From: an uncultured Acidobacteriota bacterium
GTDB lineage: Bacteria; Acidobacteriota; UBA6911
Assembly (NCBI GenBank): GCA_963827655.1
Contig: CAWHCF010000025.1
Coordinates: forward strand, 73,189-137,188
Direction of reading: 5' to 3'
DNA length: 64,000 nucleotides
Part shown: piece by piece, positions 41,265 to 51,357 of the stretch
Layout: each line of letters starts with the position of its first letter
Numbering within the stretch: position 1 is the stretch's first letter
Notes under the pieces: generated by a model
Database searches by the model: none
What the model was told of the DNA's origin: nothing
The model's input: only the letters and a program-made list of their open reading frames with translations
Program-made: the position numbers and the translations under genes

Positions 41265-44200
41265 ATGCGTCGAGCTTTCTCCCTGCTGTTGTTGGGCTCT
41301 ATTGTCGCTGTGGCGGTACCCGCCTCGGCCCAGGATGTACGTGCCTCGATCTCCGGCATCGTGACCGACCAGTCTGGCTCGGTTGTGCCAGGGGCTACGG
41401 TCACGGCGACCAGCGTCGAACGCAACACGCCGAGCTCGACGGTCACATCCGAAACCGGCAACTACCTCGTTCAATTTCTGCTGCCGGGAATGTACCGCAT
41501 CTCGGCCGAGCTTCCGGGGTTCAAGAGATTCGTGCGGGAGAACATCCTGCTTCAGATCGGAGACAGAGCGCGCATCGACATCGCGCTCGAAGTGGGAGGG
41601 AGCTCGGAATCCGTCGTCGTCAGCGAGGCGTCGGCCTTGCTCGAGACTGAGACCGGAACTCTCGGCCAGGTCATCACGAGCCAGCAGATCGTCGACCTTC
41701 CGAACAACGGGCGCAACGTCTTCCAGCTTGTGTGGGCCGTGCCGGGAGTGATCAAGACCAGCACCTACTGGGGCTCGATGGAAAACTACGCAGTCGGCAA
41801 TGCTTCCGGCGCCTCTATCAACGGCGGCAAGCAGAAGGAAAACGAAACCCTGCTCGACGGTACCACCGACACGGTTGCAAATCGCGACGTGAACTTTCAG
41901 CCGCCGCTCGAGTCGGTCAAGGAATTCAAGGTCAACACGGGCTTGTATGACGCCCAGCACGGCCGGACCGGCGGCGGTGTCACGACCATCATCACCAAGT
42001 CGGGCACCAACGCCTTTCACGGTTCGCTGTACGAGTTCAACAAGAACGATGCCCTGGGCGCCAATCCGTGGGTCTTGAACTACCTGGGCGAGCCGAAGCC
42101 GCACTTCATCAACAATACCTTCGGTTTCGAGGTCGACGGCCCTCTCTATATTCCGAAGCTGTTTGACGGGCGCAACCGCGTCTTTTTCATGGTGGCGTAC
42201 GAGGGGTTGCAGGAGCGTTCGGCCGGCGGCGACTCGACCGTGGTTCCGACCGACGCGCTGCGCGAGGGAGACTTCTCCGCGCTCGGGCGAGCAGTTTATG
42301 ACCCCCTAACCACTCAGACCGTGGGCGGGCAGATCGTGCGCGACCCGTTCCCCGGCAACCGGATTTCCTCGAGCCGCATCAGCCCGGTTGCCCGGAACGT
42401 GCTGGGGTATATCCCCAAGCCCAATCGTGTAACCGCAAATCCGGCCGAAGATAATTACGCCGTCTCGCTCGGCGCCAAGAACTATTACAACCAGATTCTG
42501 ACCAGGGTCGACTGGGCGCTCAACTCGAAGAACACAGTTTACGTCCGCTACGGCCGGCTCCCCTTCACCGAGTTTGACGACATTCTCTTCGGCGGCGACA
42601 GCCCCGCCGAACCGAGTACCGAGAACCCGCTCCACCGTAACTTCTACAATTGGAACGCCGACTGGACTTCGGTCCTGAGTCCGTCGACGGTCTTCAACCT
42701 GCGTGCAGGGCTGGCCCGCTACGTTAACACCGGCGGCAGCCCGCCGGCCGTCGGCTTTGACCCGCGCCAGCTCGGGTTCGCCGACAGTCTGGTCGCCCAG
42801 TTCACGTCGCGCAACTTCCCGCGCTTCGATATCGGCGGCGTCTACACGCCGGTCGGAAGCACCACGATCATCAACAAGAGCGTCAATGACGCGTACAGCT
42901 ACCAGGCGAATCTGAACCGGGTGCAGGGAAATCATCAGTGGAAGTCTGGCGCCGAGTTCCGAATCTACAACCAGAACGTGATCAGCCCCGGCCTCGCAAG
43001 CGGCCAGTACGGGTTCTCGAGAGTTTTCACGCAGCGTGATCCCAACCGCGCCGACGCCACTTCGGGGGATGAGTTCGCCGCATTTCTGCTAGGCTATCCG
43101 TCGAGCGGGCGCGTCGACGTCAATATCGACCCCGCCTACCAGAACCACTACTACGCGCTCTATTTTCAGGACGACTGGAAGCTGACGCGCCGCCTCACGG
43201 TCAATCTCGGACTGCGCTGGGACTACGAGCAGCCGCCGGCCGAGCGCTTCGATCGGATGACCCGCGGGTTCGCGTTCAACGAGGCACACCCGCTCGCCAG
43301 CCAGGTACCTTCTCTCAACCTCAAGGGGGGCATCCTCTATGTCGACCCCGACGAGCGCCTCGCCTTCGACACAGACAAGAACAACTTCCAGCCGCGGGCC
43401 GGCTTAGCCTACCGTCTGGGCGAGAACTGGGTATTGCGCGGCGGTTACGGCCTCTTCTACCTGGGTGCGGCGGAGAGGGGAGGATCCGACGGCTTCAGCC
43501 GCCCAACCCCGTTGATCGCGAGCTCCGACAGCAACCAGACTCCGCGCGTCAATCTCACGAATTCCTTCCCGGAGGGTCTGTTGAGCCCCGTCGGCAACAG
43601 CCTGGGACGCAACACCAACACCGGTCTCGGGATCGGCACCAACTTTCTGGACCGGCCGCTCCCCTACTCACACCAGTACTCGTTCGGCGTCCAGCGCGAG
43701 TTTCCGGGCCAGTGGCTGGTCGAGGTAGCCTACGCGGCCAATTTCACGCGCCGCTTGCCGGTGGCGGCCAACATCAACGTCCTGCCGGTCAGCGAGCTCG
43801 GGCGCGAAATCACCTACTACACGACGCGCGTTCAGAACCCGATGGCGGGCTTGATCCCGAACAACGCCGCGCTCAACGGCGACACGATCCCGCGCGAGCA
43901 ACTCCTGCTCCCCTTCCCTCACTACGGCGCCATCACGGTCAACAACAACCCGATCGGGCGGCAGGACTACCATTCCATGCAGAGCCGGCTGACGAAGCGT
44001 TTCAGTTATGGGATGTCGCTGCTTGTGGCCTACACGATCTCCAAGAACCTGGAGCAGGTGAGCTTCCTCAACAATCAGGACTTCAACCTGCAGGACCCCG
44101 ACGCGTCGAAGCTCGAGAAGCGCCTCACCCAGTTCGACGCGCCGCAGAAGTTCGTGGCGCTGCTGACAGCCGAGCTCCCGTTCGGCCATAACCGGCGCTT

Positions 44201-44675
44201 CGGCGCGAACGCGGCCCCGGTACTCGACAAACTGATCGGCGGCTGGCAGATCAACCTTGACGCGACGCTGCAGCGCGGTTTCCCGGCGAACTATCCGAAT
44301 GCCGCCCAGATCGACGCGCGCAGTGCAAAGCTGCCCAGCGACCGGATCGACCTGGAGCACGCGTTCGACACCTCGCTCTTCCCGAGCACAGTGCCCGACC
44401 TGGCGCATAATCTGCGCACGTTCCCGACCCGCTTTCCCGACGTGCGGCTGCAGCCGCTGCAGAACATTGACTTCTCGGCCTACAAGAACACGCGGTTGAC
44501 CGAGGCGCTGACCTTCCAGTTCCGGGTCGAGTTCCTGAACGGGTTCAACCATCCCTGGTTCGCCGCCCTTGACGCCAACGGCCTGAACGTCACCAACTCG
44601 CGCTTCGGCTGGTATCGGCACGAAGAGACGAACCAGAACCGGCTGATTGCGCTGGTCGCGAAGATTTTCTGGTGA
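41265..44675 (+). CDS. TonB-dependent receptor, Oar-like (intact)
   Basis: ISGIVTDQSG, YDAQHGRTGGG, TKSGTNAFHG, QDDWK, C-terminal AKIFW. Confidence 0.9.
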   Translation: MRRAFSLLLLGSIVAVAVPASAQDVRASISGIVTDQSGSVVPGATVTATSVERNTPSSTVTSETGNYLVQFLLPGMYRISAELPGFKRFVRENILLQIGDRARIDIALEVGGSSESVVVSEASALLETETGTLGQVITSQQIVDLPNNGRNVFQLVWAVPGVIKTSTYWGSMENYAVGNASGASINGGKQKENETLLDGTTDTVANRDVNFQPPLESVKEFKVNTGLYDAQHGRTGGGVTTIITKSGTNAFHGSLYEFNKNDALGANPWVLNYLGEPKPHFINNTFGFEVDGPLYIPKLFDGRNRVFFMVAYEGLQERSAGGDSTVVPTDALREGDFSALGRAVYDPLTTQTVGGQIVRDPFPGNRISSSRISPVARNVLGYIPKPNRVTANPAEDNYAVSLGAKNYYNQILTRVDWALNSKNTVYVRYGRLPFTEFDDILFGGDSPAEPSTENPLHRNFYNWNADWTSVLSPSTVFNLRAGLARYVNTGGSPPAVGFDPRQLGFADSLVAQFTSRNFPRFDIGGVYTPVGSTTIINKSVNDAYSYQANLNRVQGNHQWKSGAEFRIYNQNVISPGLASGQYGFSRVFTQRDPNRADATSGDEFAAFLLGYPSSGRVDVNIDPAYQNHYYALYFQDDWKLTRRLTVNLGLRWDYEQPPAERFDRMTRGFAFNEAHPLASQVPSLNLKGGILYVDPDERLAFDTDKNNFQPRAGLAYRLGENWVLRGGYGLFYLGAAERGGSDGFSRPTPLIASSDSNQTPRVNLTNSFPEGLLSPVGNSLGRNTNTGLGIGTNFLDRPLPYSHQYSFGVQREFPGQWLVEVAYAANFTRRLPVAANINVLPVSELGREITYYTTRVQNPMAGLIPNNAALNGDTIPREQLLLPFPHYGAITVNNNPIGRQDYHSMQSRLTKRFSYGMSLLVAYTISKNLEQVSFLNNQDFNLQDPDASKLEKRLTQFDAPQKFVALLTAELPFGHNRRFGANAAPVLDKLIGGWQINLDATLQRGFPANYPNAAQIDARSAKLPSDRIDLEHAFDTSLFPSTVPDLAHNLRTFPTRFPDVRLQPLQNIDFSAYKNTRLTEALTFQFRVEFLNGFNHPWFAALDANGLNVTNSRFGWYRHEETNQNRLIALVAKIFW

Positions 44676-44774
44676 TTGACCTCCCGAGTGAGTCCACCGC
44701 TCCGATCCTGGGCGGAGGCGCTACTTCGAGTTTGGGCTTGAGAGCGAGGCTTGCCGGAAGCTATATTCTTGGTT

Positions 44775-45287
44775 ATGACGACCAGGGTTTTGATGGGTGT
44801 AGATGAATACCTGCGCACCAGTTTCGAGGGAGCCGACTGCGAGTTTCTGGACGGCGAGGTGGTGGAGCGCAACCTGGGCGAGTTGCCACACAGCACGGCA
44901 CAGGCCAGGCTGATCTACCTGCTTATGCTGATCGCGGAAAAAACGGGCATCCGTGTACAGTCAGAGATTCGAATTCAGATAAATCCACGCCGCTTTCGCG
45001 TGGCGGACATTGCTGTATGGCGCGCCGGCAACATCGGAACTCGTGTTCCTTCAGTGCCTCCTTTCCTGGTAATCGAAATCCTCTCCGCCGAAGACCGGAT
45101 GGTGCGGATGCAACCGAAAATTCAGGAATACCTATCGATTGGAGTGGAGTATGTCTGGCTGGTTGACCCGCAAGAAGGCCAGGCATTGCTATACTCGCAG
45201 CAGGCTCCGGCGGGACGTCTGGATGACATACTGAGGACGGAAAACCCTAGCCTCGAGATCCCCCTGGAATCGGTGCTCTCCGCATAG
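44775..45287 (+). CDS. Uma2 family (DUF820) endonuclease-fold protein
   Basis: CEFLDGEVVER, PPFLVIEILS, EYLSIGVEYVWLVDP. Confidence 0.9.
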   Translation: MTTRVLMGVDEYLRTSFEGADCEFLDGEVVERNLGELPHSTAQARLIYLLMLIAEKTGIRVQSEIRIQINPRRFRVADIAVWRAGNIGTRVPSVPPFLVIEILSAEDRMVRMQPKIQEYLSIGVEYVWLVDPQEGQALLYSQQAPAGRLDDILRTENPSLEIPLESVLSA

Positions 45288-45410
45288 CCTTCAAGTCAGA
45301 CCCGGTCAAGAATCCCTTTGCCTGTCCAGCCCCAATAGCAACCTCACGCAGCGCCGAAAGTGTGCTCGAGTCGGCGCCTCCGATGCATGAGCGATCGCCC
45401 GCATTCATGC

Positions 45411-48400
45411 TCAGAAAACAATTTTCGCCCCGAACTGGAACTGCCGCTGGTCCTGAATCGCCGTCGTGACCTCGCCGAAGCCCGCGCCGCCGAAAGTCGA
45501 GCCCGGATTGTTGAAGTGCGGAGTGTTGGTGACGTTGAACGACTCGACGCGCAGCTCGAAGGCGAACTGTTCGCCGATCTGGAACTTACGAAACACCGAG
45601 AGGTCCAGATTGACGAATCCCGGCCCGGTGAGGATGTTTCGTCCGACGTTGCCGAATGTGCTCGGGGCGGGCGCCGAGAATTTCGATGTGTCGAACCAGA
45701 GACTGCCGCGCCCGACGCCGCCGAGGATCTCGGGACTGCCGGCGACGTTGGGGCGGTTTCCGTTGCCCGGGGCGTTCAGCGTCGTAGCGCTGAACGTGAT
45801 GTTCAGGGGCAGGCCCGTCTGGCCACGGAAGATTCCATTGATCTGCCATCCGCCCAGCAGCCAGCTGGCTGGCCCGCTCTTGAGCCAAGCGCTTGGTCGG
45901 CCCGAACGGAAGGTCGTAGATGTAGCTCTGGACAAAGACGTGAGTCCGGTCGAAATTGGAGCGCGCCCGGTTCTCCCGAACGCGAATGTGGTCGAACAGG
46001 CCGCCGTTGTCGGCCGAGTAATCAATCGCCTTGCCGTAGGTGTAGGCGGTCGTCAAGAGGAAATCGGCCGAAAGGCGGCGGTCCAGCTTGACCTGGAGCG
46101 ACTGGTAGTTGGTATCCGTCCGGACCCAGGTCCGGGTTTCGGCGCGCCGGCCGAACAGGAGGTTGAGCGGCTGGCCGGCGGCGCCGGCGCCCGGAATGAA
46201 GCCGGCGTTGACGTTCCGGCGGGCCAGGATGCCGACTCCGTGATTGCCGACGTATGCCAGCTCGAGAGTGAACTGCCAGGGGAGAGCCCGCTGAAGCGCC
46301 ACGTTCCACGACTGAAGATAAGCCTCCCTGAGGTTGAGCGGAACGATGTCATAGGTAAAATCCGGCGCGCTGGTAATGATGCCGTCGGGCGGAATCACGG
46401 CCGTCCTCGGCGGAGGGAAGCCGGACGCGAGCGAACCGGCAGCCGAGTATGAGTTCAACGGGTTAAAGGCGTTGTTCTGAAGCACCGGGTAGTTAAAAGC
46501 GTAGCTGTTGTCGGGAAACGGAACGGTGCTGATGCCATAGCCGCCCCGGAGCACGGTCCGATCGTTCCAGCGGTACGCCACGCCGAACCGCGGACCGAAG
46601 TTAGTCCACGGGGTCTTGCGCCCCAGGTTCATGGGGTTGTCGCCGATGCCGGCCAGGATCAGCGCATTCGTTTGCGGGTCGTAGTTCGAAAAGCCGCCGG
46701 GAAACTGCGGATCGGGTGGAGGCCACAACTCATGCCGCAGACCGAGGTCGAGGGTCAGCGTGGGTGAGACCTGCCACTTGTCCTGGACGTAGGTGAAGAC
46801 CGGCATCTGGCGGATCGACGAAAAAAGACTGGGCAGATCGCGGATGAGAGCCGTCGGCTGGTCGAGGAGGAACGAGGCGAATGAGTTCGCGAAGCTCGTC
46901 TGCGGATCTCCGTTGCGAGCCGTCGGACCGGCGCCGAAGGTCCACTGGCCGCGCGGATTGAAGATGCCCGCCTGCAGGTCGTCGCGCAGCCGGCGTATGT
47001 CGACGCCCCACTTGAGCGTGTGGTTGCCCAGGACCCGGGTCCAGTTATTCACCAGGTTGAAGTTAGTCTCCGCGCGCTTCCAGGGCTGGTTGGTGGCGAA
47101 CCCGACCGTCGGGTTCGAGAAACCGTCGATGCTGATGGAGGTCAGGCCGCTGGTCGAAAGGTCGAGGTTGATGCCCGGGATGCCGATGTCCTTCGATGTC
47201 GTCGAGCCGTAGTCTTCCTGCTGCGTGACATTCAGATAGCGCGAGAAGCCGAGCCGGATCTCCGTGATCAGCCTGGGACTGAAGATGCGGGTGTAGCTGA
47301 TGGCGCCGCTCTGGGTTTTGTTCGTCCCGTCTCCCGCAAATCCGCTGTTCTTCGGGCCGCCGTAGGGCGGATAGAGACTGGGATCGAACACGCGAGGTTC
47401 CTGGAAACTGTAGCGCGCTGAGGCGTTGTCCTTCGGGGTGAACTGGTGGTCCACCTTGACGTCGAATGAGTCGGTATTCTTCACACGGGTGGTCGCCTTT
47501 TCCAGGTTCGTGCTCAGGCCGGGAAAGGTGGGGGGCGGAATGAACGCCAGCAGCCGCTGGGCGATCGGGCTGATCCGGTTCGATGGAATGATCTTGTCTG
47601 CGAACGCTTGCCGTCCGGTCCCGTCGGGGTTGCCGGTCGCCGGATCGTATATCGTCGTGGTGGACGCGCTGAGGTCGCCCGAGCGGAAGGCCATCGTCGG
47701 GATGGTGACCCGGGTCACATCGCCCCGATGGTCTCGCGTCCCCTGGTAGTCGCCGAAGAAGAACGTCCGGTTCCGCCGGATCGGGCCGCCCAGCGTGAAG
47801 CCGAACTGGTTGTAGACCGTGGGCGCCTTGGTTAATGCAAACACATTGCGCGCCGAAGTGGCGCTCGTGCGGTTGAACTCGAAGACGCTTCCGTGAATCT
47901 CGTTGGTGCCGGATCGCAGCACGACATTGAGAACAGCCCCGCCCGCGCGCCCCAGCTCGGCCTCGTAGTTCGAGGTCGTGATATCGACAGTCTGGATGGC
48001 CTCGATCGGCGGGATCAGGACCTGCAGCAGGCCGCTGCGGTGGTTGTCGTCGATTCCCTCGAGCTGAACGTTGTTGGCCATGCGCGACTGGCCGTTGACG
48101 TTCGTGGCCAGGCTGTCCTGCGAGTTGAAAAACTCCGAGTGCTCGCGCGTCAATCGCGTCGCGCCTGGCACCAGGATGACCAGGCTCTGGAAGTTGCGGT
48201 TGTAAAGCAGCGGCATGTCCTGGAGCTGGCGGGTCTCGATCTTGATTCCGGTGTCGGCGCGGTCGGTCTGCAGTGTCAGCGGCGCCGCCGTCACCTCGAT
48301 GGTCTCACTCGCGGCGCCCGGCTCGAGCACCGCATCCGCCCGGATCGTGCTATTGACCTGAACTTCGACGCCGTCACGCACCGCCTTGCGAAACCCCGGC

Positions 48401-48639
48401 AGCTCGACCGCGACACGGTATGTCCCGGTCTCCAGGTTCGCAAAGACGTAATAGCCGCTCGCGTTCGTCTCGGTCGAGCGGCTGATGCCGGTGTTCACCT
48501 CGGTGATCGTTATCCCTGCCCCGGGAACGACGGCGCCCGACCCGTCGGTCACGGTTCCGAGCAGCGTTCCCTTCACCGCCTGCCCGTATGCCATCGGGCA
48601 CACGAGCGCCACGACAATCAGCAGAATCTTGGGTCTCAT
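45411..48639 (-). CDS. TonB-dependent receptor, Oar-like (frameshift near 45888)
   Basis: LLGTVTDGSGA, NYEAELGRAGG, QDKW; C-terminus RQFQFGAKIVF in ORF 45411-46025. Confidence 0.9.
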
Positions 48640-48753
48640 AGCAATCCTCCCTGACAGGCGACCAGAATGGGGCCAACATAACACACCCATGAATTCGCCG
48701 TCGTCAGAATTCAGGCAAGACTGAAAAAATGCTCGGACAAGCTTCCAGCTTCA

Positions 48754-48905
48754 TGTGGCGACGGGTCATTGACCCGTCGCAAGTAACGTGATCGGGAGGA
48801 TTAGCCTAAAAAGTTCCTTTGTGCCATGTGGGCCGGACGGGCTTGATAGCCCGTCCGCACAGGTATCGGGAGGTTTTGCTTTGCGCCTTGAGTTGTGGAA
48901 GCTTG
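48754..48905. repeat. REP/BIME-like palindromic composite repeat, copy C
   Basis: GCGACGGGTCATTGACCCGTCGC-linker-CGGACGGGCTTGATAGCCCGTCCG. Confidence 0.75.
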
Positions 48906-48920
48906 CGGCCGGTGCGCGGG

Positions 48921-49481
48921 TCAGGGCGACTCCCGCTCGGCTCCGCGGCTGAGCCGCTCGAGCCGCTGGAGCAGGCGCCGCGCGGGTTTCCCGTCGATCC
49001 GGGGCTTCGATGCATAGCGCCGCAGGATCTTTAGCTCGTCCTTCGGGCGGCGCCGGCGGTGGTAAAGGTTGGCGAGTTGCTCGTAGTACCAGTGAGGGAC
49101 TGGCCGGGCCTGGGCGCGCGCCTTCTCCTCTACGGTGTCGACGAGCACGAGAAGCATCTCAATAGCCTCGTCGATCCGCCCCTGACGTCGCAGCTCCGCT
49201 AGCTCACGGCCGAAGGCCGGCCGGGCCAGCGGGTCGAGCGGCCGGGTGGAGAGCGGGGGAGAGGCGGCCGGCGCGCGGGCGAAGAGCGATACGCGCGGGC
49301 CGCGCCCATGCAGGAAGAGGCTCGTCACCAGGGCGAGTGGACCGAACGCCACACTCAGCGCCAGCCATTGCCAAGTGTGCAGACCGCGCAGGAATCCATT
49401 CACGAACGACAGCAGCGCGCAGCAGACCCACACCAGTGCCCCGAGTACGGCGAGCTCCCTTCCACCCAGGGAGTCGATCAT
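48921..49481 (-). CDS. Hypothetical membrane protein with TPR-like C-terminus
   Basis: Two N-terminal TM helices; WYYEQLANLYHRRRRPKDELKILRRY. Confidence 0.55.
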   Translation of the reverse strand: MIDSLGGRELAVLGALVWVCCALLSFVNGFLRGLHTWQWLALSVAFGPLALVTSLFLHGRGPRVSLFARAPAASPPLSTRPLDPLARPAFGRELAELRRQGRIDEAIEMLLVLVDTVEEKARAQARPVPHWYYEQLANLYHRRRRPKDELKILRRYASKPRIDGKPARRLLQRLERLSRGAERESP

Positions 49482-49518
49482 GATCGATGCTGAATTCTAG
49501 CACGCACCCCTCTCGCTC

Positions 49519-49589
49519 TAACCCCGAAGACACAAAGACCCGAAGAAACGCGAAAGCATCTCTTCGAGTCTTTGAGTCTTGGTGGTTTG
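49519..49589. repeat. Octamer-based intergenic repeat, inverted pair (heads outward)
   Basis: AACCCCGAAGACACAAAGACCCGAAGAAACGCGAAAG..CTTCGAGTCTTTGAGTCTTGGTGGTTT. Confidence 0.8.
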
Positions 49590-49683
49590 GTCTTTGTTTC
49601 GGGTCAGAGGGCGAGGCACTGCGAGGCGCCCTGATCAGGCGTCCTTAGTGCGTCGCCCTCTGTGCCCGTCGTACCCGCGAGGA

Positions 49684-51090
49684 TTAGGTTTCCTCGAGCG
49701 CGGACTTGGGAATCATCAAACCGTCGGGTGCCGGGGTCTTCGCCAGCTGCGGAGCCTCACTACGTCCCGTCACGCCGAAAGCATAGGCATTTTCAGTGTG
49801 CTGGCTGAGGTCCAGCCCGAGCCGCTCTTCATTCTCCGTGACGCGCAGCCCCATAACCGCCTTCACCACTACAAGAATCACAAGGGTTCCCAGCGATGCA
49901 AATGCAATGGTAGCGATCACGGCTATGAACTGCACCCGGAGGAGGTCCCAGTTTCCATAGAGCAGTCCGTCGGCGCCGGCCGGGTTAATGAGCTTCGACG
50001 CGAATATTCCGGTTGCCAGCGCGCCCCAGGTACCACCAACTCCGTGGACCCCCACAACATCCAGAGAGTCATCGTATCCGAACTTCGATTTGAGCATGCA
50101 AGCCGAATAGCAGAAGACTCCTGCGCAGCCCCCGATCACGATGGCTGCAAGCGGTCCCACGAAGCCGGAGGCCGGAGTAATGGCCACCAGACCGGCAACG
50201 GCGCCGCTGGCCGCTCCAAGAACGGTAGGCTTTCCTTTCAAGATCCACTCACTGAACATCCACGACAGTGTCGCCGCGGCGGCAGCGGTATGCGTGACCA
50301 CGAAGGCGCTGGTTGCCAGGCCGGAGCCTGACAAGGCGGATCCGGCGTTGAAGCCGAACCAGCCGACCCAAAGCAACGAGGCTCCCAGTACCGTGAACGG
50401 AAGATTATGAGGAGGCGCCGGTTCGACTCCGTATCCGACGCGCTTGCCGATGAACATCGCGCAGACCAACGCCGAGAAGCCCGAGCTGATGTGAACGACC
50501 GTCCCTCCGGCAAAGTCCAGAGCGCCCAGGTTGCGCAGCCAGCCTCCCACTCCCCAAACCCAGTGCGCGAGCGGATCATAGATGAAGGTTGCCCACAACA
50601 GCGTCAACACCAGGAAGCTGCTGAATTTCATCCTTTCGGCGAAAGCGCCTGTCATCAACGCCGGCGTGATCACGGCAAACATCAGCTGAAAGATCATGAA
50701 GGCCTGATGGGGAATCGTCGCCGCATAGTCTGCATTTGGAGCGGCTCCCACACCGCTCAATCCCAGCCACTGCAGGCCTCCGATTATGCTCGTTCCAGGG
50801 GCGAACGAAAGACTGTATCCGATCAGGACCCACTGGATGCTGATCAGAGCGGAAATGATGAAGCTCTGCATGATCGTCCCCAGCACGTTCTTGGTCCTCA
50901 CCATTCCGCCGTAGAAGAGGGCCAGCCCCGGGATTGTCATGAGCAGAACCAGGGCCGAAGAGAGCAATACCCAAGCGGTATCTCCCGTATCCACAGCCGG
51001 CGCTTGTCCCGCGTCTTGGGCGAAAACCGAGCTTCCCATGCCCACGAGCGCGAGCATGAGAAGACTGAATGCGAAACTCCTCTTTGTCAT
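49684..51090 (-). CDS. amtB: Ammonium transporter
   Basis: PGLALFYGG, FQLMFA, DFAGGTVVH, WFGFNAGS, DDSLDVVGVHG; RBS AAGGAGG before ATG 51090. Confidence 0.95.
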   Translation of the reverse strand: MTKRSFAFSLLMLALVGMGSSVFAQDAGQAPAVDTGDTAWVLLSSALVLLMTIPGLALFYGGMVRTKNVLGTIMQSFIISALISIQWVLIGYSLSFAPGTSIIGGLQWLGLSGVGAAPNADYAATIPHQAFMIFQLMFAVITPALMTGAFAERMKFSSFLVLTLLWATFIYDPLAHWVWGVGGWLRNLGALDFAGGTVVHISSGFSALVCAMFIGKRVGYGVEPAPPHNLPFTVLGASLLWVGWFGFNAGSALSGSGLATSAFVVTHTAAAAATLSWMFSEWILKGKPTVLGAASGAVAGLVAITPASGFVGPLAAIVIGGCAGVFCYSACMLKSKFGYDDSLDVVGVHGVGGTWGALATGIFASKLINPAGADGLLYGNWDLLRVQFIAVIATIAFASLGTLVILVVVKAVMGLRVTENEERLGLDLSQHTENAYAFGVTGRSEAPQLAKTPAPDGLMIPKSALEET

Positions 51091-51114
51091 CGTTCCAGGC
51101 CTCCTTACAGGCGC

Positions 51115-51262
51115 AAAAAAAAAGTCCAGTGGCATAGAAAGGCAACTGCGCCACTGGACTCCGTTGTCTGAGTAAACTTCGGGCCTAAAAACAAAAAAGT
51201 CTTCAGACTCCAAGAGCCCGAAGACTTCGTCGTCACACAAATTCGGCACGCCTTTGTGCCGA
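51115..51262 (-). promoter_or_regulatory. Leader with ANTAR-type hairpins overlapping two intrinsic terminators
   Basis: GGCAC-AAAGGC-GTGCC; GAC-GACGAA-GTC overlapping terminator 51197-51227; GAC-AACGGA-GTC overlapping terminator 51123-51160; both terminators followed by U-runs. Confidence 0.75.
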
Positions 51263-51357
51263 TTGCGGAACTTTTAAGGCAGCCGGAAGGAATAGTCAAG
51301 AATTATTTCGGGATTCATAGAAAAGCAGTAGGCAGTAAGTCAGGCCGGGGAATCTTG

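Noticed and set aside
51323-51343. GCAGTAGGCAGTAAG heptamer duplication
   Set aside because: Only two units; too short to call an element
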